Source: Candidatus Eiseniibacteriota bacterium (GTDB lineage Bacteria > Eisenbacteria > RBG-16-71-46). From it: 64,000 bases of DNA. Shown here in pieces: positions 37,501 to 45,651 of this stretch (positions are counted from its first letter, which is position 1; each line of letters starts with the position of its first letter). A program made the position numbers and the translations under genes. The stretch spans positions 128,001-192,000 of the forward strand of contig JBGAML010000002.1 of the NCBI GenBank assembly GCA_044223005.1, given 5' to 3'. Below the pieces are notes generated by a model. It searched no databases. It had not been told where the DNA came from and saw only the letters and a list, made by a program, of their open reading frames with translations.

Positions 37501-37636
37501 GGGCACGTACGTGTTCGAGTACTCCGTCCGCGCGCAGCACCGCGGCACGTACCCGAGCGGGATCGCCTCGATCCAGTGCCTGTACGCGCCCGAGTTCGGC
37601 AGCCACTCGGAGAGCCTGCCGATCACCTGCCGCTGA
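31514..37636 (+). CDS. Bacterial alpha-2-macroglobulin (2040 aa)
   Basis: Signal peptide, FTDRGLYRPGQ, VEEYKRP, RETAFFFP, PRFLREGD, thioester YPFECSEQ and CLYAPEF. Confidence 0.95.
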   Translation: MRFPRTLLLPLLLLAVVATAAVTPAVSTRPAPKPAAVTRTGALTPRAQRWAKVREAVTKGLPKTALAELPAVQASAERDRAWAEATRAAVLRIALEARIQGNKPEEKITRLQAELGRAPARMRPMLEAVLAEWMWQYFQQNRWRFMQRSATTTAPSDDFTTWDLTRIYSEIDRHFANALADTASLRASKIAEWDDLLAGGNSPDAYRPTLWDFVAFEALRFWQSGEQAGARPADAFVMRADGPALAPAEEFLRWTPATNDTAAAAYRAVRLYQALIAWHGARGDTAARVDADLWRIDFARNVAVGGEARARAEKRYEELAERFARHEISARALHAWASLEHEAGDDVAAHAIATRGLARFPGSIGSDRCFNLLREIEAHEMQVSAESPWNGPRPEIEVRYRNLDAVHFRLVAWDFRAMAKRRQGPFTIDDADLDRLRAAKPVRAWEQPLAPTPDWKAKRVTMAAPAGVAPGCYVLLWSARPSFGNDDNQVGAGVLWVSDLALTTRGAAGAIEGLVLDAQSGEPVPGATVAFWAPNGNDVPTEHGRVTTDAQGHYRWASAPVWRTFALVTAGTRMLAVPMEVSAQQAREYRTYAHTLFFTDRGLYRPGQPIRFKGICASVDETNDQYHTLAGQRVVVALRDANGQEVARREVRSNDYGSFAGEFEAPRDRLLGAMSLMAVEGPSGMGTLRVEEYKRPKFVVEMEAPRTPARLDSTVTVTGRALAYTGAAVDGAIVRWHVTRNVFLPAWWSWRWWWRPAPTGGPQEIAHGESRTDADGHFAVSFLATPDSSVNAADEASFGFAISADVTDPSGETRSASQSVVVGWTTLAADLSCAEWQESGKPVEIAVSTHTLDGRPQAARGRVTIERLRGPERVTRAETPDRIGRWRDGETALRAPDARTDDPRSWPIEQVAAARDVATDSTGRSVVPVPLAAGWYRVSLETRDPAGHRVTAVRTVEVLDLAANRYATRLPDVFRTRETVVEPGHEFVALWASGYDRARAFVEVVHRGKVVQSWWTAPGATQAVIRVPVTPEMRGGFSVNVTMVRENRAYTHHTAVMVPWSDRVLDVRWERFVSNLHPGQHETWTAVITGPDALRHVAEMAATLYDASLDAFAPLSWPSSFPGFRTEWEWSEVRTSASSVSLDWRSGSWRQEYRADGLSYREFPYGLLYGQYDEWLVPQSLAERRARPPVTRYRRAEVPGREGGRAYPAAAPMASSGVLAMQEKSIAGNAVRAKEADASDGRADRVERLSVPVGSLATIAPPPPPPAPNLDAVAARHDLRETAFFFPQLVANEKGEVRIEFTMPEGVTRWRFLGFAHDRDLRAGLLGGQAVTTRELMVQPNPPRFLREGDVLEFTVKVTNLTDAPQSGRVRLTFADAITGAPQDVALENTRPEQAFDVPARQSRTFAWTLHVPDDQGPLTYKAVAASAKWSDGEDGVLPVLSRSILVSEALPLPIRGAGTKTFDFERLERSGPGSRVRSKSLTVQMVSNPAWYAVMALPYLMEYPFECSEQTFNRLYADQLARHIADSDPRIRAVFDQWKGTKTLDSPLEQNPDLKSVTLLATPWVRQGQSEAQARRNVGLLFDRDRLERESASATTKLLAMQRADGMWPWFPGGPANEYLTLYITTGFGRLRHLGVDVAMDAPKRSLQGLDAWSDQMYRAILRRGNPEANHLSPLVALYLYGRSFYLADQPIAAPYTAARDYWLGQAKRYWLQLDSRQAQGQLAVALQRFGDRKTALAILASVREHAVTNDEMGMFWRDEEHSWWWYRAPIETQAMLIEAFDEVAHDSAAVAECRIWLLKQKQTQDWKTTKATADAVYALLLRGTDLLASDAVVEVALGDSLVRHDAAEAGTGFWEARYAGPRVRPAMGHVTVTKRDPGVAWGSVHWQYLADLADVTPYTGTPLTLRKTLWVRVPSATGPKLQPMNGPVTVGDEIVVRLELRTDRDMEYVHLEDGRGSGTEPVNVISSYRQQDGLWYYEETRDTGSHFFVDYLPKGTYVFEYSVRAQHRGTYPSGIASIQCLYAPEFGSHSESLPITCR

Positions 37637-37654
37637 CCGCCCGGAACGCCGGAC

Positions 37655-37689
37655 CCGGGGCGCCGCCGACCGCGGCGCCCCGGCGTTTT
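37655..37689 (+). terminator. Intrinsic terminator after the A2M gene
   Basis: 12-bp stem CCGGGGCGCCGC/GCGGCGCCCCGG followed by CGTTTT. Confidence 0.7.
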
Positions 37690-37757
37690 CCGGCCAGTTC
37701 CCGCAAATGCCGGCCCGGAACGCCCGCGCCCGAATCCCGGGGCCCCGCCCGCGCATC

Positions 37758-37776
37758 TGTAGCGTGGGAGGTTTCA
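37758..37776 (+). promoter_or_regulatory. Candidate Rrf2 auto-operator
   Basis: TGTAG-N9-TTTCA imperfect palindrome overlapping the RBS of the Rrf2 gene. Confidence 0.5.
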
Positions 37777-37778
37777 AT

Positions 37779-38213
37779 ATGCCGCTCACCGGGAATGCCC
37801 GATTCGCAGTCGCCGTCCACGTGCTCGTCCTGCTCGCCATGGACGACCAGCCCGTGCGATCGGACGACATCGCCGGCAGCGTGGGGACGCATCCCGTGGT
37901 CGTGCGCCGGATCCTCGGCATGCTGCAGGCCGCCGGCCTCGTGACGGGCCGCACCGGACCCGGCGGTGGCTTCCGGCTGGCCCGTTCCGCGAACGCGATC
38001 GCGCTCGACGCCGTCTTCCTGGCCGTCGAGGACGCGCACGCCGCACCGCTCTGCCATCACCCGAACGATCGCTGCCCCGTCGGACGCCACATCGAGGACG
38101 TGCTGGTCCCGATCGGCGAGAAGGCGGGGAAGGCGTTCCTCGCTTCGCTCGCCACGCAGACCGTCGCCGACGTGTCGCGGCAGCTCAAGCGCACGATCGC
38201 GCGCACGGCCTGA
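37779..38213 (+). CDS. Rrf2-family transcriptional regulator (YwnA/SifR-like)
   Basis: RFAVAVHVL, IAGSVGTHPVVVRRI, GPGGGFRLAR and HHPNDRCPVG. Confidence 0.92.
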   Translation: MPLTGNARFAVAVHVLVLLAMDDQPVRSDDIAGSVGTHPVVVRRILGMLQAAGLVTGRTGPGGGFRLARSANAIALDAVFLAVEDAHAAPLCHHPNDRCPVGRHIEDVLVPIGEKAGKAFLASLATQTVADVSRQLKRTIARTA

Positions 38214-38238
38214 CGCTCCGGCCCTCACGAGCCCACCC

Positions 38239-39108
38239 ATGGAAACCGCCACGCTCCCCGCGACGCTCGCGCTGGGTGCGGTCCACCTGACGGTGGCCGA
38301 CCTCGACGCGGCCATCGACTTCTACACGCGGCGCATCGGGCTGCGGCTCAAGGTGCGCAGCGAGGGCGAGGCGCGGCTGGGCACGCGCGACGAGGACCTG
38401 CTCGTGCTGGTGGCGCGGCCCGACGCGCGGCGCGCGCGCGGTACGACGGGGCTCTACCATTTCGCGATCCTGGTGCCGTCGCGCGCGGACCTCGCGAACG
38501 TGCTCCGCCACCTCGTCGAGACCCGCACGCCGCTGCAGGGCGCGTCGGACCACCTCGTGAGCGAGGCGGTCTACCTCGCGGACCCCGAGGGCAACGGCAT
38601 CGAGATCTACCGCGATCGTCCGCGTGCGGAATGGCCGCTGCGGGACGGCCGGTTGCGCATGGCGACGGACCCGCTCGACGTCGACGGCCTGCTCGCCGAA
38701 TCCGCCGGCGGCACGTGGAGCGGCCTGCCCGACGGCACGCGCATGGGGCACGTGCATCTGCATGTCTCGCGACTGCCCGAGACGGAGGCCTTCTACACCG
38801 GCGTACTCGGGTTCGACCTCGTGCAGCGCTACGGCGGCGCTGCGCTGTTCGTGTCGGCGGGCGGCTACCACCATCACGTCGGGCTCAACACGTGGGCCGG
38901 CGAGGGCGCGCCCGCGCCGCCGCCGGATTCACTCGGCCTGCGCTTCTTCGAGGTCCGCCTGCCCGACGCCGACGCGCTCGCGGCGCTCGCAGCGCGCGTC
39001 CGCGAATCGGGTGCGCGCGCGAAGGACGTGCCCTGCGGACTCGACGTCGCCGACCCCTCGGGCAACCACCTGCGGTTCACGACGCCGGGCGCGGACTCGC
39101 GGTCCTGA
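38239..39108 (+). CDS. catE: VOC-family catechol 2,3-dioxygenase-like protein
   Basis: GLYHFAIL, DHLVSEAVYLADPEGNGIEIY, GHVHL and GGYHHHVGLNTW. Confidence 0.88.
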   Translation: METATLPATLALGAVHLTVADLDAAIDFYTRRIGLRLKVRSEGEARLGTRDEDLLVLVARPDARRARGTTGLYHFAILVPSRADLANVLRHLVETRTPLQGASDHLVSEAVYLADPEGNGIEIYRDRPRAEWPLRDGRLRMATDPLDVDGLLAESAGGTWSGLPDGTRMGHVHLHVSRLPETEAFYTGVLGFDLVQRYGGAALFVSAGGYHHHVGLNTWAGEGAPAPPPDSLGLRFFEVRLPDADALAALAARVRESGARAKDVPCGLDVADPSGNHLRFTTPGADSRS

Positions 39109-39126
39109 CCGCGGTGCCGTCACGCG

Positions 39127-39158
39127 AACGGCCCGCCGGCGAGTGCCGGCGGGCCGTT
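39127..39158. terminator. Bidirectional terminator hairpin
   Basis: 14-bp stem AACGGCCCGCCGGC with GAGT loop, between convergent genes. Confidence 0.75.
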
Positions 39159-39175
39159 TCGTTCGCCGTCGCGGC

Positions 39176-39952
39176 TCACATGCCGAGAATGTGCCAGCCC
39201 GCGTCCACGTAGAGCGTGGTGCCGGTGATGCCGCTGGCGAGGTCGGAGAGCAGGAACAGGCCCGCCGTGCCGACTTCCTCCTTGGTGATGTTGCGCTCGA
39301 GCGGCGCGGCGCCGGAGTGTTCCTTGAGCATGTCCGTGAAGCCGCGGATGCCGCGGGCGGCGAGCGTGTTGACCGGACCGGCCGAGAGGGCGTTCACGCG
39401 GATGTTCTTCGGTCCGAGCTCGTAGGCCATCTGCCGCGTCGCCTGCTCGAGCACGGCCTTGGCGCTGCCCATCACGTTGTAGTTGGGGATCGCGCGATTG
39501 GCGGCGAGGTAGGAGAGCGTGATCACGCTGGCGCCGTTCTTCTCGAGCAGCGGCAGCGTGCGGTTCACGACGTTGATGAACGAGTACGCGCTCACGTCGA
39601 GCGCCAGTTGGAAGCCCTCGCGCGGCGTCTTCACGAAACTGCCTTCGAGGTCCTCCTTGCGCGCGAACGCGATGCCGTGAACGAGGATCTCCAGCGAACC
39701 CCAGCGGCCCGCGATCTTCTTCGCGACCTCGTCGATCTCGTAGTCCTTCGTGACGTCGCACTCGGTCGTGAAGCAGTGCGGGAGCGTCGCGGCCAGCTCC
39801 TCGACGGCGGTCTTCAGCCGCTCGCCGGCGTACGTCAGGCAGATGCGCGCCCCGGCCTGCGACAGGCACTGAGCGATCGCCCACGAGAGGCTCCGGTGGT
39901 TGGCGACGCCCATGACGAGGGCGTGCTTGCCGCGAAGATCGATCGAGTACAT
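39176..39952 (-). CDS. fabI: Enoyl-ACP reductase
   Basis: GVANHRSLSW, YNVMGSAKAVLE (Y-x6-K) and VNALSAGPVNTLAA. Confidence 0.95.
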   Translation of the reverse strand: MYSIDLRGKHALVMGVANHRSLSWAIAQCLSQAGARICLTYAGERLKTAVEELAATLPHCFTTECDVTKDYEIDEVAKKIAGRWGSLEILVHGIAFARKEDLEGSFVKTPREGFQLALDVSAYSFINVVNRTLPLLEKNGASVITLSYLAANRAIPNYNVMGSAKAVLEQATRQMAYELGPKNIRVNALSAGPVNTLAARGIRGFTDMLKEHSGAAPLERNITKEEVGTAGLFLLSDLASGITGTTLYVDAGWHILGM

Positions 39953-39968
39953 CGGCTTCCTCCGGGGT

Positions 39969-41948
39969 TCAGGCGATGCGCTGCCGTTCCCAGACGCGGA
40001 TCGGCAGGATGACGACCGGGATGCCCAGGAACTGCAGGCGGCGCTGGACTGCGAACGCGGTCTCCTGGTGGAGCGACCGGGTCCACAGCGTCTCGCGCTG
40101 GAACACCAGCTGCCCCGCGAACACGGTACAGCCGCGGAACTCCTTCGTCAGGTCGCGGCACAGCTGCTCGAGTTCTTCGACGAGGTCGGTGCCGACCGCG
40201 AACCGGTATTCGGCGTAGTATCCCATGCGGCTCGCCGTGTCGACGAACTTCTCGAGATCGCCGCGGACCTGCGATTCCAGCGCCTCGACGCTGTCGGCGC
40301 CCTTGAAGCGGCCCGAATCCACGAGCCCCACAGAGCAGAACACCACGTTCCCGAACATCTTCGGGAAGAGCCGCTGGATCGAGAGCAGCGTGTGCAGCCC
40401 GAGTCCGTCGTAGCCCTCCACGAGGACGATCGCGGTCCGCGCGGCGGGGTCGAGCTCCGGCGCCTTCGTGCGCGCCGGGAACGGCAGGTCCGAGAGCGAA
40501 TCGTCGAGGGTGCGCAGCACGCGCTTCACGTGCTCGTAGTGGCGCCGCACCAGGACGCACGCGCCGACCAGCGCGCCGGTCACGACGAGCGTCACCCAGC
40601 CACCCTCGCGGAACTTGACCGCGCTCGTGATCGCGAGGATCACCGCGCAGACCAGGGTGCCGGTGGCCGCCAGCAGCAGGCGGCGGCGCCAGTGCGCCTC
40701 TTTCGCGCGCACCTGCCACCAGTGGATCGCCATGCCGAGCTGCGACAGCGTGAACGTGATGAACACGTTGATCGAATACATGACGATCAGCACGCTCACC
40801 TGGCCGCGCGTGCCGAGCAGCGTGACCGCGGTCGCGATTCCCATGAGCAGCACGCCGTTCTGCGTCACGAGGCGTTCGGACAGGTGCGCGAAGCGCCGCG
40901 GGACCCAGTGGTCGATCGCCATCGCGCTCAGCGTGCGCGGCCCGTCGATGAATCCCGTCTGCGCCGCGAGGAAGAGCAGCATGCCCTCGGACAGCAGCGT
41001 CAGCGCTACGATCGCCGGGCCGAGCGCGAACGGCCCCACGTGCCAGCCGCGCGTCAGCACGTCCCAGAGGACGGCGTTGAGCGTGAGGCCGGGCTGGTGG
41101 TGGACGTCGTGCATCAGGTAGCAGACGAGGATGCCGCCGGCGGTGAATGACAGCGACACCGACATGAGCAGCATCGTCCGGCGCGCCGTCTGGACGCGCG
41201 GCTCGCGCAGGATGGGCATGCCGTTCGAGACCGCCTCGATGCCCGTGAACGTGCCGCCGCCCAGCGAGAACGCGCGCAGTAGCAGCACGAGCGTCCCGAC
41301 CGTGCCGAGTCCGAGCTCGGCCGAACGCAGGTCCGCCACCGTGTCGCCGAGCACGTGCGGCAGGTGCGCGGCGCTCGAGACCACGCCCCAGACGATCAGC
41401 GCCACGTGCGTGACCACGAACGCGATGAAGATCGGCATCAGCACCTTCACGGATTCGCGCACGCCGCGGAGGTTGAGCGCGACGAGTCCCGCGATCACCG
41501 CAAGCTCGCAGCCGAGCTTGTACGGCAGCCAGCCGCCGGGGAGGAACGAGAAGATGGCGTCGCAGCCGGACGCCACCGAGGTCGCGACCGTGAGCATGTA
41601 GTCCACCACCAGCGCGCTGCCCGAGACCACGCCGGCGGTCGGACCCAGCAGGCGCGACGCCACGAGGTAGCCGCCGCCGCCGCTCGGGAAGAGCTCGATG
41701 ATCTGCCCGTAGGACGCCGAGATGAGCATGACCGTCGCGACGATCGCGACGGCGAGCAGCAGCGCGAGGTGCGGGTGGCCGCCCAGCGCGAGGAACGCTT
41801 CCTCGGGACCGTAGGAGGACGACGAGAGCCCGTCCGAGCCGAGGCCGACCCACGCGAACAGCGCGACCAGTGCGAGCTGGTGGTGGACATGCGGGTCGCG
41901 CAGGTTGCGCGGAGCGCCGAGGACGGCCTGGCGGAAACGCTCGAACAC
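39969..41948 (-). CDS. APC-superfamily transporter, KimA/YdaO-like (paralog 2)
   Basis: SDGLSSSSYGPEE, FPSGGGGY, VDYMLT and FTGIEAVSN; about 12 TMs plus a cytoplasmic domain. Confidence 0.9.
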   Translation of the reverse strand: MFERFRQAVLGAPRNLRDPHVHHQLALVALFAWVGLGSDGLSSSSYGPEEAFLALGGHPHLALLLAVAIVATVMLISASYGQIIELFPSGGGGYLVASRLLGPTAGVVSGSALVVDYMLTVATSVASGCDAIFSFLPGGWLPYKLGCELAVIAGLVALNLRGVRESVKVLMPIFIAFVVTHVALIVWGVVSSAAHLPHVLGDTVADLRSAELGLGTVGTLVLLLRAFSLGGGTFTGIEAVSNGMPILREPRVQTARRTMLLMSVSLSFTAGGILVCYLMHDVHHQPGLTLNAVLWDVLTRGWHVGPFALGPAIVALTLLSEGMLLFLAAQTGFIDGPRTLSAMAIDHWVPRRFAHLSERLVTQNGVLLMGIATAVTLLGTRGQVSVLIVMYSINVFITFTLSQLGMAIHWWQVRAKEAHWRRRLLLAATGTLVCAVILAITSAVKFREGGWVTLVVTGALVGACVLVRRHYEHVKRVLRTLDDSLSDLPFPARTKAPELDPAARTAIVLVEGYDGLGLHTLLSIQRLFPKMFGNVVFCSVGLVDSGRFKGADSVEALESQVRGDLEKFVDTASRMGYYAEYRFAVGTDLVEELEQLCRDLTKEFRGCTVFAGQLVFQRETLWTRSLHQETAFAVQRRLQFLGIPVVILPIRVWERQRIA

Positions 41949-41958
41949 GGCCGGCCGC

Positions 41959-43938
41959 TCAGGCGCTGCGGCGCTGCTCCCAGACGCGGATCGGGAGGAT
42001 GATCACCTGGATCCCCGCGAACTGGAGGCGGCGCTGGATGGCGAAGGCCGTTTCGTGGTGCAGGCTGCGGGTGAAGAGCGTTTCGCGCTGGAAGACGAGC
42101 TGGCCCGCGAACACCATGCTGCGACGGAACTCCTTCTGGAGGTCCATGCAGATGTGCTCGAGTTCCTCGATCAGGTCGGTGCCGAGCGTGAAGCGGTACT
42201 CGGCGTAGATGCCCATCTTCTGCGCGAGGTCGACGTACTTCTCGAGATCGCCGCGCACCTTGTCCTCGAGCGCCGCGACGCTCTCGGTGCCCTTGAACTG
42301 CCCGGAATCGACCAGGCCCACGGACACGAAGACGAGGTTCTTGAAGTGCCGCGGGAACATGCGGTGCACCGACAGCAGCGTGTGGATCCCGAGCCCCGCG
42401 TACGATTCCACGAGCACGATGCCCGTCGGCCCCTCGGGGGCGAGCTCGGTGGTCACGGCGTGGTCGCTGAACGGCAGGTCGGTGAGCACGTCGTCGAGGC
42501 CGCGCAGCACGCCGCGCACCTGCTGGTAGTGGCGCCGCACCAGGAAGCAGATGCCCACGAACGCGCCGGTCACCGCGAGCGTCACCCAGCCGCCCTGCAT
42601 GAACTTGATCACCGCGGTCACGACGAGGATGCCGCCCGTTACCGATGTGCCGAGCAGCGCGAGCAGCCAGCGGCGCTTCCAGTGCGGCTGCGTCGCGCGC
42701 ACTTCCCACCAGTGCCGCACCATGCCCATCTGCGACAGTGTGAAGGTGAGGAACACGTTGATCGAGTACATGACGATGAGGATCTGCACCGAGCCGCCGG
42801 TGTAGAGCAGCGTGGCGATCGCGGCCAGTCCCATCGTGATGATGCCGTTCTGCGTCACGAGCCGTTCCGACAGGTGCGCGAAGCGCTTGGGCACCCAGTG
42901 GTCCACGGCCATGGCGGCCAGCGTCGCCGGGCCGGCGAGGAACCCGGTCTGCGCGGCCACGAACAGGAGCGCGCCCTCGGAGAGCAGCGTGAAGATCACG
43001 ACCCAGCGCCCGAGCGGCCAACCGCCGGGCTGCCACGTGCGCGCGAGCGTCTCCCAGAGCACGGCGTTGAGCGTCTTGCCGTGTTCGTGGTGGATACCCG
43101 CGAGCAGGTAGCAGAGCAGGATGCCGCCGGCCGTGAACGACAGCGAGAGCGACATGTACAGCATGGTCTTCTTGCCGGTCTCGACCCGCGGCTCGCGCAG
43201 CATCGCGGTGCTGTTGCTGACGGCCTCGATCCCGGTGAACGTACCGCCGCCGAGCGAAAAGGCCTTGAGGAAGAGCGCGATCACCGCGACCAGGCCCAGT
43301 TCCGTCACCGCCGAATGCGTGTCCGACACGGTGTCGGCGACGATCGTTCCGAACGCGCCGCCGTGCGAGGCGAGGCCGTAGACGATCAGCGCGAAGTGGC
43401 TGACCACGAACGCCACGAAGATCGGCATCAGCACCGACACCGACTCCTTGACGCCGCGCAGGTTCAGGGCCGTGAGCCCGATCACGATGACGATTTCGAT
43501 CGGTAATCGCCAGACCAGCAGGTGGGGGGGCAGGAACGAGAAGATGGCGTCCACGCCGGAGGCGATCGAGATCGAGATCGTGAGCACGTAGTCCACGACG
43601 AGCGCGGCGCCCGAGACCACGCCCGGCGCGACGCCGAGCAGCTTGGTCGCCACCAGGTAGCCGCCACCGCCGCTCGGGAACAGTTCGATGATCTGCGTGT
43701 AGGACGCGGAGATCAGGAAGACGGTGAGGACCGTCGCGATCGCGATGTAGAGCGCGAGGTGGGTGTGCCCGCCGAGGGCCCGGAATGCCTCTTCGGGGCC
43801 GTACGACGAAGACGAAAGACCGTCCGACCCCAGGCCCACCCAGGCGAAGAACGCGATCAGGGCGAGCTGGTGATGTATCTTCGGGTCGAGAAGGTTCTTA
43901 CGGCCTCCGATGAGGAGGCCACGCAATCGTTCGAGCAC
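41959..43938 (-). CDS. APC-superfamily transporter, KimA/YdaO-like (paralog 1)
   Basis: Same motifs and same length (659 aa) as its neighbour. Confidence 0.9.
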   Translation of the reverse strand: MLERLRGLLIGGRKNLLDPKIHHQLALIAFFAWVGLGSDGLSSSSYGPEEAFRALGGHTHLALYIAIATVLTVFLISASYTQIIELFPSGGGGYLVATKLLGVAPGVVSGAALVVDYVLTISISIASGVDAIFSFLPPHLLVWRLPIEIVIVIGLTALNLRGVKESVSVLMPIFVAFVVSHFALIVYGLASHGGAFGTIVADTVSDTHSAVTELGLVAVIALFLKAFSLGGGTFTGIEAVSNSTAMLREPRVETGKKTMLYMSLSLSFTAGGILLCYLLAGIHHEHGKTLNAVLWETLARTWQPGGWPLGRWVVIFTLLSEGALLFVAAQTGFLAGPATLAAMAVDHWVPKRFAHLSERLVTQNGIITMGLAAIATLLYTGGSVQILIVMYSINVFLTFTLSQMGMVRHWWEVRATQPHWKRRWLLALLGTSVTGGILVVTAVIKFMQGGWVTLAVTGAFVGICFLVRRHYQQVRGVLRGLDDVLTDLPFSDHAVTTELAPEGPTGIVLVESYAGLGIHTLLSVHRMFPRHFKNLVFVSVGLVDSGQFKGTESVAALEDKVRGDLEKYVDLAQKMGIYAEYRFTLGTDLIEELEHICMDLQKEFRRSMVFAGQLVFQRETLFTRSLHHETAFAIQRRLQFAGIQVIILPIRVWEQRRSA

Positions 43939-43944
43939 CGAGGC

Positions 43945-43973
43945 AAGCTAAGCGATTGAGTCGGGGAGTTCAA
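43945..43973 (-). promoter_or_regulatory. Sigma70 promoter, leaderless, for the APC transporter operon
   Basis: Minus strand TTGAAC-N17-TAGCTT-N6-GTG. Confidence 0.65.
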
Positions 43974-45572
43974 GAAGCTGTCAGGCCGCCTCGCAAGTCG
44001 AACCGGCGGCTCGCGTTCGCGCTCGTGGCGGGCCTCTTCGCGGCGCTCGCGCTCGCGGGGGACAGCGGCCCCGTGCGCGCTCGCGTCGTCGCGGGCTGGG
44101 CCGCGTCCGCGTCCGCCGCGGATCCGTTCCCGCGCTTCGCCACGTTCGGCTGGGTCGCGCCGCCGCTCGATTCGACCACGTCCGCCCGCTACGCCGAGTA
44201 CGCCGGCGCGGGCTTCGGCGTCACGGTCCTGGCGCTCGACGACTCGGGCCGGGTGGAGGACGACCGCCGCCGGCTCGACGCCTGCCGCCCGCTCGGGGTG
44301 CGCTGCCTGCTCCTCGATCGCGACCTGCGCGGCGTCACGCTCGCGGATTCCGCCTCGCTCGTTCGCGCGGACACGGTCGTCGCACGCTGGCGCGACGATC
44401 CCGCCTTCCTCGGCTGGTACCTCGGCGACGAACCGGCCGACAGCGAGTACGCGGCGCTCGGGGAACGGTTCGCCATCCTGCGCGCGCGCGATCCCGCGCA
44501 CCCGGCGTGGAACAACCTGCGCGGGAGGTCGCAGTTCGCGACGGTGACGGCGTTCCGTGCCTCGCTCGAAGCGTACGTCGCGGCGACGCGGCCGTCGGTG
44601 CTGTGCGACGACGAGTACGAGTTCCTGCTCTGGGGCGACCGCGGCCAGATGACCGAGAACATCGCCACGCTCGCCGCGGTCGCGCGCGCGCACGGGCTGC
44701 CCTTCTGGGGCATCGTGCAGCTCGTGCGTCACGGCCCGTTCCGCGACGTGACGCCGGGCATGCTGCGCTGGCAGTTCGCGCAGTGGCTCGCGTGGGGCGC
44801 GCGCGGCATCGGCGTCTTCACCTACTGGACGCCGCCGCCCGATCCGCTCTGGAACTGGCAGCCCGCGATGATCGCGTGGGGGAGCGGCGAGCGGACGCCG
44901 CACTACGACGAGGTGCGCGACGTGAACCAGCTCGCGACGGGCGTGGGTACGTGGCTCGCCGGCATGCGCTGGCTCACGACCACGTCCGCGGGCTTCGTGC
45001 CCGCGGGCGGCACGGCGTTCGTCCCGGGCGGCCTGCTGCGCCGCGTGGACGGCCGCGCGACGCTGGGGTTCTTCGCGGATTCGACCGGCGCGCCGGTCGT
45101 GTTCGTCGCCAACGCCGACTCGCTGGAGGGACGCACCGTGACGCTCGCGCCCGCGGGGCCGCGCCGCGCCTGGCAGCTCGCCACCGACGGCGTGACCTGG
45201 GCGCCCGCCGCGGGCCCGGGGGAGGACGTCGAGTTGCCGCTCGCTCCGGGCGGGTTCGCGCTGCTGCGGTTCTCGGGCGGAATCGATTCGCTCGCGGCAG
45301 GTTCCGGCCTCCGGCTGGCCGCGTTCCCGAACCCGGCGCGGGGTGCGGTCCGGTTCGTGGCCAGCGGCAACCCCGGGGTCGCGCGTTTGGAAGTACTGGA
45401 CGTGGCAGGTCGCCGGGTGTGGTCACACGCTTTCGCCGCGGGAGGCGGCACGGTAAACTGGCTCGGTACCCGCGACGGTGGCGGCCGGCTGGCCCCCGGT
45501 GCCTACCTCGCTCGCCTGGAGGACGCTCGCGGGGTACAGGTGCGGCGCGTGACCTGGCTCGGGACGCCCTGA
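43956..45572 (+). CDS. Secreted glycoside-hydrolase-like protein with C-terminal FlgD-Ig/T9SS-like domain (paralog 1)
   Basis: Signal peptide, GWYLGDEP, WGARGIGVFTYW, and tail FPNPARG...DVAGRRV...GAYLARLE. TTG start uncertain. Confidence 0.75.
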   Translation: MSRGVQEAVRPPRKSNRRLAFALVAGLFAALALAGDSGPVRARVVAGWAASASAADPFPRFATFGWVAPPLDSTTSARYAEYAGAGFGVTVLALDDSGRVEDDRRRLDACRPLGVRCLLLDRDLRGVTLADSASLVRADTVVARWRDDPAFLGWYLGDEPADSEYAALGERFAILRARDPAHPAWNNLRGRSQFATVTAFRASLEAYVAATRPSVLCDDEYEFLLWGDRGQMTENIATLAAVARAHGLPFWGIVQLVRHGPFRDVTPGMLRWQFAQWLAWGARGIGVFTYWTPPPDPLWNWQPAMIAWGSGERTPHYDEVRDVNQLATGVGTWLAGMRWLTTTSAGFVPAGGTAFVPGGLLRRVDGRATLGFFADSTGAPVVFVANADSLEGRTVTLAPAGPRRAWQLATDGVTWAPAAGPGEDVELPLAPGGFALLRFSGGIDSLAAGSGLRLAAFPNPARGAVRFVASGNPGVARLEVLDVAGRRVWSHAFAAGGGTVNWLGTRDGGGRLAPGAYLARLEDARGVQVRRVTWLGTP

Positions 45573-45651
45573 TCCGCGCATCCGCCGTCACCTCGTCGCA
45601 TTCGGCGCGGCCGCGCGCCCCGGCCTGTCCCCCAGCCCGACGAGGCAGCAC

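Noticed and set aside
25335..39158. Hairpins at 25335, 27806, 37655 and 39127 as a REP/MITE family
   Set aside because: Their sequences differ and each sits at a gene end, which fits ordinary terminators.
39969..43938. Assembly artefact duplicating the transporter gene
   Set aside because: The two copies differ at many nucleotide and amino-acid positions along their length.
43939..44000. ydaO/c-di-AMP riboswitch upstream of the KimA-like genes
   Set aside because: There is no space or motif; the promoter abuts the start codon.
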